A stretch of 64,000 nucleotides of DNA, taken from contig JBDHXV010000005.1 in assembly GCA_039810885.1 (NCBI GenBank), positions 14,610-78,609 on the forward strand, read 5' to 3'. This DNA comes from Chitinophagales bacterium (GTDB lineage: Bacteria; Bacteroidota; Bacteroidia; Chitinophagales; UBA10324). The notes beneath the pieces were generated by a model. It was not told the origin of the DNA and searched no databases. It saw only the letters and a program-made list of their open reading frames with translations. This document shows positions 60,716 to 64,000 of this stretch, piece by piece (the first letter of the stretch is position 1; every line of letters starts with the position of its first letter). Both the position numbers and the translations under genes were made by a program.

Positions 60716-60774
60716 TTTTTGTTTCAAATGAATATGCAAAAATGTAGAATCATTTATTAATTAGATGAACGCTT

Positions 60775-61407
60775 CTATAAGTCATCATATTCGTAAATAT
60801 GTTCGATTGACGTGCCCGGGGGCATATCAAACACAGGCTTTAAAATGCCATTGGCTAAGCTATAAACCCAACCGTGTAGATGTGGCCGTTGCTGATATCT
60901 CCATGCCTTCTGCACGATAGAGGTTTTTGCAAGGTTTAATACTTGCTCTTGTACATTCAGCTCAACCAGTCGGTTCTGGCGTTCTTCCTCACTCGCAAAC
61001 GACATCAATTCTTCATCATGAAAACGATATACGTCTTTAATATTTCTAAGCCACTTATTAATGATACCCATATTTCTATGGCTCATCGCCGCTCTTATGC
61101 CTCCACAGCCATAATGCCCACACACAATGATATGCTTCACTTGAAGATGACTTACAGCAAAGTCAAGTACACTCAACAAGTTGAGGTCGGTATGCACAAC
61201 CATGTTAGCGATATTACGGTGTACAAAAATTTCACCGGGTTGTGTTCCGGTAATTTCGTTTGCAGGCACGCGACTGTCACTACATCCAATCCATAAAAAT
61301 TCAGGTGTTTGGATATGTTGAAGGTTCTCAAAAAACTTTGGATCTTTTTCTACTCGCTCTTTTGCCCAAAGTTTATTCTCAGAAAGCAGCTTTTCAAAAC
61401 TTTTCAT
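60775..61407 (-). CDS. Beta-class carbonic anhydrase
   Basis: The zinc ligand motifs CSDSRVP and VCGHYGCGG are present. The likely start is MKSFEKLLSENKLWA. Confidence 0.9.
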   Translation of the reverse strand: MKSFEKLLSENKLWAKERVEKDPKFFENLQHIQTPEFLWIGCSDSRVPANEITGTQPGEIFVHRNIANMVVHTDLNLLSVLDFAVSHLQVKHIIVCGHYGCGGIRAAMSHRNMGIINKWLRNIKDVYRFHDEELMSFASEEERQNRLVELNVQEQVLNLAKTSIVQKAWRYQQRPHLHGWVYSLANGILKPVFDMPPGTSIEHIYEYDDL

Positions 61408-61559
61408 AAGGTAAATGTAAGCATTGGTAAGTTGAAGCACCTTTTAATTCAAACAAACGGGAGCAGTTGTTTCATTGTAATCTTTTATCAATAGAAATTA
61501 ACAATACTCTTACAGCTCAGAAGGCAAATGGATGAAGTAAGAACTATGTTCATTTCTAC

Positions 61560-61567
61560 TATATTTG
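61560..61567 (+). promoter_or_regulatory. Candidate -7 element (TAtaTTTG) for pdhB
   Basis: Exact TAnnTTTG match 21 nt upstream of ATG 61589. Confidence 0.3.
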
Positions 61568-61588
61568 CGCCTCAATTTGGAATAGAAT

Positions 61589-62572
61589 ATGACAATGAGA
61601 AAAATTGCGTTTCGACAAGCACTTCGCGAAGCAATGCAAGAAGAAATGCGCCGCGATAATCGTGTCTTTTTGATGGGTGAAGAAGTGGCTGAATATAATG
61701 GGGCGTACAAGGTTAGCCAAGGAATGTTAGATGAGTTTGGCCCCAAGCGAGTAATAGACACCCCGATTACCGAACTTGGCTTTGCTGCTGTTGGGGTAGG
61801 TGCCGCAATGAATGGACTTAGGCCTATTGTTGAATTTATGACGTGGAACTTCGCACTTTTAGCCATAGACCAAATTGTAAATTCTGCTGCAAAAACGTTA
61901 TCAATGAGTGCAGGCCAGTTTGGATGTCCAATTGTTTTTCGCGGACCCTCGGCCTCAGCCGGACAACTGGGAGCACAGCATTCACAAGCATTTGAAAATT
62001 GGTATGCCAATGTCCCCGGATTAAAAGTAATCTCAGTAGCTAATCCTTATGATGCTAAAGGGTTGTTGAAATCGGCAATTATTGATGATGATCCTATTAT
62101 ATTTATGGAATCAGAAGTTATGTATGGAGATATGGGTGAAGTACCTGAAGAAGAATATTACATTCCTATCGGCAAAGCAGACATTAAGCGAGAAGGTCAA
62201 GACGTAACAATTGTATCGTTTAATAAAATGATGAAGGTGGCATTGAATGCAGCAGATGAACTCGCTAAAGAGGGCATACAGGCTGAGGTTATTGATTTGC
62301 GAACCATTCGTCCTTTAGATCATGAAACTATTATTCGTTCGGTAATGAAAACGAATCGCTTAATTATTGTTGAAGAGGCATGGCCGTTTGGTTCAGTATC
62401 TACAGAAATAACGTATCGGGTTCAAAAGGAAGCATTCGATTATTTAGATGCCCCTATTCGACGTGTAACTACCGCAGATACCTCTTTATCTTATGCCCCG
62501 GTTTTTGTAGAAGCCTTCTTACCCAATCCAGCACGGGTTATTCAAAGTGTTAAAGAAGTAATGTATCGTTAA
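61589..62572 (+). CDS. pdhB: Pyruvate/2-oxoacid dehydrogenase E1 component beta subunit
   Basis: 327 aa with the transketolase-like pyrimidine-binding and C-terminal domains (VFLMGEEVAEYNGAYKVS, DTPITE, FMTWNF, DLRTIRPLD). Confidence 0.9.
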   Translation: MTMRKIAFRQALREAMQEEMRRDNRVFLMGEEVAEYNGAYKVSQGMLDEFGPKRVIDTPITELGFAAVGVGAAMNGLRPIVEFMTWNFALLAIDQIVNSAAKTLSMSAGQFGCPIVFRGPSASAGQLGAQHSQAFENWYANVPGLKVISVANPYDAKGLLKSAIIDDDPIIFMESEVMYGDMGEVPEEEYYIPIGKADIKREGQDVTIVSFNKMMKVALNAADELAKEGIQAEVIDLRTIRPLDHETIIRSVMKTNRLIIVEEAWPFGSVSTEITYRVQKEAFDYLDAPIRRVTTADTSLSYAPVFVEAFLPNPARVIQSVKEVMYR

Positions 62573-62591
62573 AGCTTAATTTACTTTAAAT

Positions 62592-62625
62592 AAAAAATCC
62601 CGACCGTTTCGATCGGGATTTTTTT
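62592..62625. terminator. Bidirectional rho-independent terminator between convergent genes
   Basis: The hairpin atcccga...tcgggat is flanked by A6 upstream and T7 downstream. Confidence 0.7.
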
Positions 62626-62643
62626 ATGATGTAGGGTTTAGGG

Positions 62644-63402
62644 TTATTTGTTCACTACAAATGATTTAGTAATCGTTTGTCCGTTAACGTTTAACTGATA
62701 GAAGTAAACACCATTAGCTAAGTCAGAAGTATTATAGCTGTATTTGTATAAAGAAGGTGTTTGGTTGCCACTATTTACTAAAGCAATCTGTTGGCCTATA
62801 GCATTCACAATGCTAAGAGATACAGTAGCATTCTCTTTCAGGTTGTAAACAAAAATAGTTTCTGAAGAAGCAGGATTAGGAAAGTTAGAGATGGTTGCAA
62901 GGTTGCCAACATTGTGGATGCCAACTCCTGCATGGTATTCAACATAAACTCCGGTGAAAGTAGAACTGATACTTCCATCAGCATTAAAGTCAACGAAAAT
63001 ATCTCCGTCGCTGTCGTCTTTTCCTGTTTTAGAGCCATCAGCATTGCGAAACACCATTCCAACTCTATAAATACTGGAGCCGCTCGGTATAGGGCCATTA
63101 GTGGCAGCAGAGTAATATGCAATAGGGTCATTAATAGATAATAACCATTTGTCAACGCCATTTGCAGTCATTTGGCCTTTACCATCGTCTTGTCCCCAAT
63201 TGCCAATTACGTATGTCCATGCCGTACCTGCTGTTATGCCACAGCCGGAGTGGCAGTAAACTGAAGGAGAGCCGACTAATCCGGTTGTGCCTTGAGTTGC
63301 ATCATAAAGAATGTCAAAACCGCCCAAACACTGAGCGTTTGATGTTGTTAAGCCGCCAAGTAGCAAGGCAGCCAATGCGAGTGTTGTGTAAATTTTTTTC
63401 AT
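62644..63402 (-). CDS. Small secreted protein with a T9SS type-A C-terminal sorting domain
   Basis: Signal peptide MKKIYTTLALAALLLGGLTTSNAQ. The C-terminus is FPNPASSETIFVYNL...VSLSIVNAIGQQI...LANGVYFYQLNVNGQTITKSFVV. Confidence 0.75.
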   Translation of the reverse strand: MKKIYTTLALAALLLGGLTTSNAQCLGGFDILYDATQGTTGLVGSPSVYCHSGCGITAGTAWTYVIGNWGQDDGKGQMTANGVDKWLLSINDPIAYYSAATNGPIPSGSSIYRVGMVFRNADGSKTGKDDSDGDIFVDFNADGSISSTFTGVYVEYHAGVGIHNVGNLATISNFPNPASSETIFVYNLKENATVSLSIVNAIGQQIALVNSGNQTPSLYKYSYNTSDLANGVYFYQLNVNGQTITKSFVVNK

Positions 63403-63600
63403 TTTATTTTCAGGATTTGAATATCAAAGCTATAAAACAACAACAGTACTATTGGAAGAGGTAAGTGTTTTTATTCATTAATATGATGTTAATAATCAAA
63501 AAAAAGAGAAAGTAAGGTATGCACAGACTACTTACATAGATATAATAAGCATGTATAAAGTCAATTATTAAAATTATCTTGCATTAAAGAATTTAAAACT

Positions 63601-64000
63601 ATGAAGAAATTAATACTCTTACTCATCTTTATTATCAACGCAGTTTTCCTATACGCAGTCTGCCCTCCGGGCAATCAACAGTTATTTATTATAGTAAAGC
63701 CCGATAATTATCCTGCAGAAGTGAGCTGGAAGCTCTTTGACAATCAAAATAATATAGTACTCCAAAGCAGTACAATGCAACAGTTAACGCCGAAAGTAGA
63801 TTCATTCTGTTTACTACCGAATATTTGTTACAAGTTTACCATATATGATTCTTACGGTGATGGAATATGTTGCAATTATGGTGCGGGTTACTATAAGTTG
63901 GTATTGAATGGAGATACCATAGCTAATGGAGGTAATTACACCTCATCTCAAACTACGATGTTCAATTGCCCTCCCGGTTCAGATTGTTCAAGTGCGGAAG
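63601..64000 (+). CDS. Secreted Cys-rich protein, 5' part (runs off the window end; not in the supplied ORF track)
   Basis: My own translation from ATG 63601 gives 133 codons without a stop: MKKLILLLIFIINAVFLYAVCPPGNQQ...YKFTIYDSYGDGICCNYGAGYYKLVLNG...FNCPPGSDCSSAE. A signal peptide is followed by a Cys-rich module. Confidence 0.6.
   Translation, partial: MKKLILLLIFIINAVFLYAVCPPGNQQLFIIVKPDNYPAEVSWKLFDNQNNIVLQSSTMQQLTPKVDSFCLLPNICYKFTIYDSYGDGICCNYGAGYYKLVLNGDTIANGGNYTSSQTTMFNCPPGSDCSSAE

Noticed and set aside
61510-62010. 166-aa ORF antisense to pdhB
   Set aside because: It lies entirely within, and opposite to, a strongly supported conserved gene. Its Ala/Ser/Pro-rich composition is typical of an antisense frame.
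1-64000. Searched by eye for CRISPR arrays, IS/transposase or integrase genes, phage genes, long direct or inverted repeats, RM or toxin-antitoxin pairs and reverse transcriptases
   Set aside because: None seen. The only repeats are the two paralogous tRNA-Arg genes, intragenic MORN and propeller repeats, and terminator hairpins. I could not run a repeat finder, so short dispersed repeats could have been missed.

Overview
This is an AT-rich chromosomal segment from a Bacteroidota bacterium. The phylum call rests on a SusC/SusD pair, T9SS-type C-terminal sorting domains, a PorV/PorQ-like barrel and TAnnTTTG promoter motifs. About 50 tightly packed genes are present, and most are core housekeeping: greA, a complete sufBCDSE+DUF59 operon, two tandem tRNA-Arg genes, murB, metG, gyrB, purL, phoH-uppP-truB-ribF, aroB-aroA-bioA, a beta-carbonic anhydrase and pdhB. 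I saw no transposase, integrase, phage gene, CRISPR array, restriction-modification gene or recognisable defence gene, so the window does not look like a mobile island. Six accessory-looking modules stand out. (i) A single-operon outer-membrane trio at 646-9306: a giant CarboxypepD_reg/plug/barrel protein, an uncharacterised 1275-aa protein with a T9SS-like CTD, and a PorV/PorQ-like barrel. (ii) An ECF sigma/anti-sigma pair divergent from a 1442-aa alpha-2-macroglobulin-like protein with an intact CFEQ thioester motif. (iii) Rhodanese plus an MbnP-like lipoprotein plus an MbnH-like di-haem peroxidase. (iv) A translationally coupled tryptophanase and tyrosine phenol-lyase tandem. (v) A MORN-repeat/DnaJ-type zinc-finger protein in an operon with two histidine kinases and no output domain. 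(vi) An orphan susC/susD pair. Module (i) is my best candidate for an undescribed system. All functional calls are motif-level readings by eye, and no database search or computation was run.
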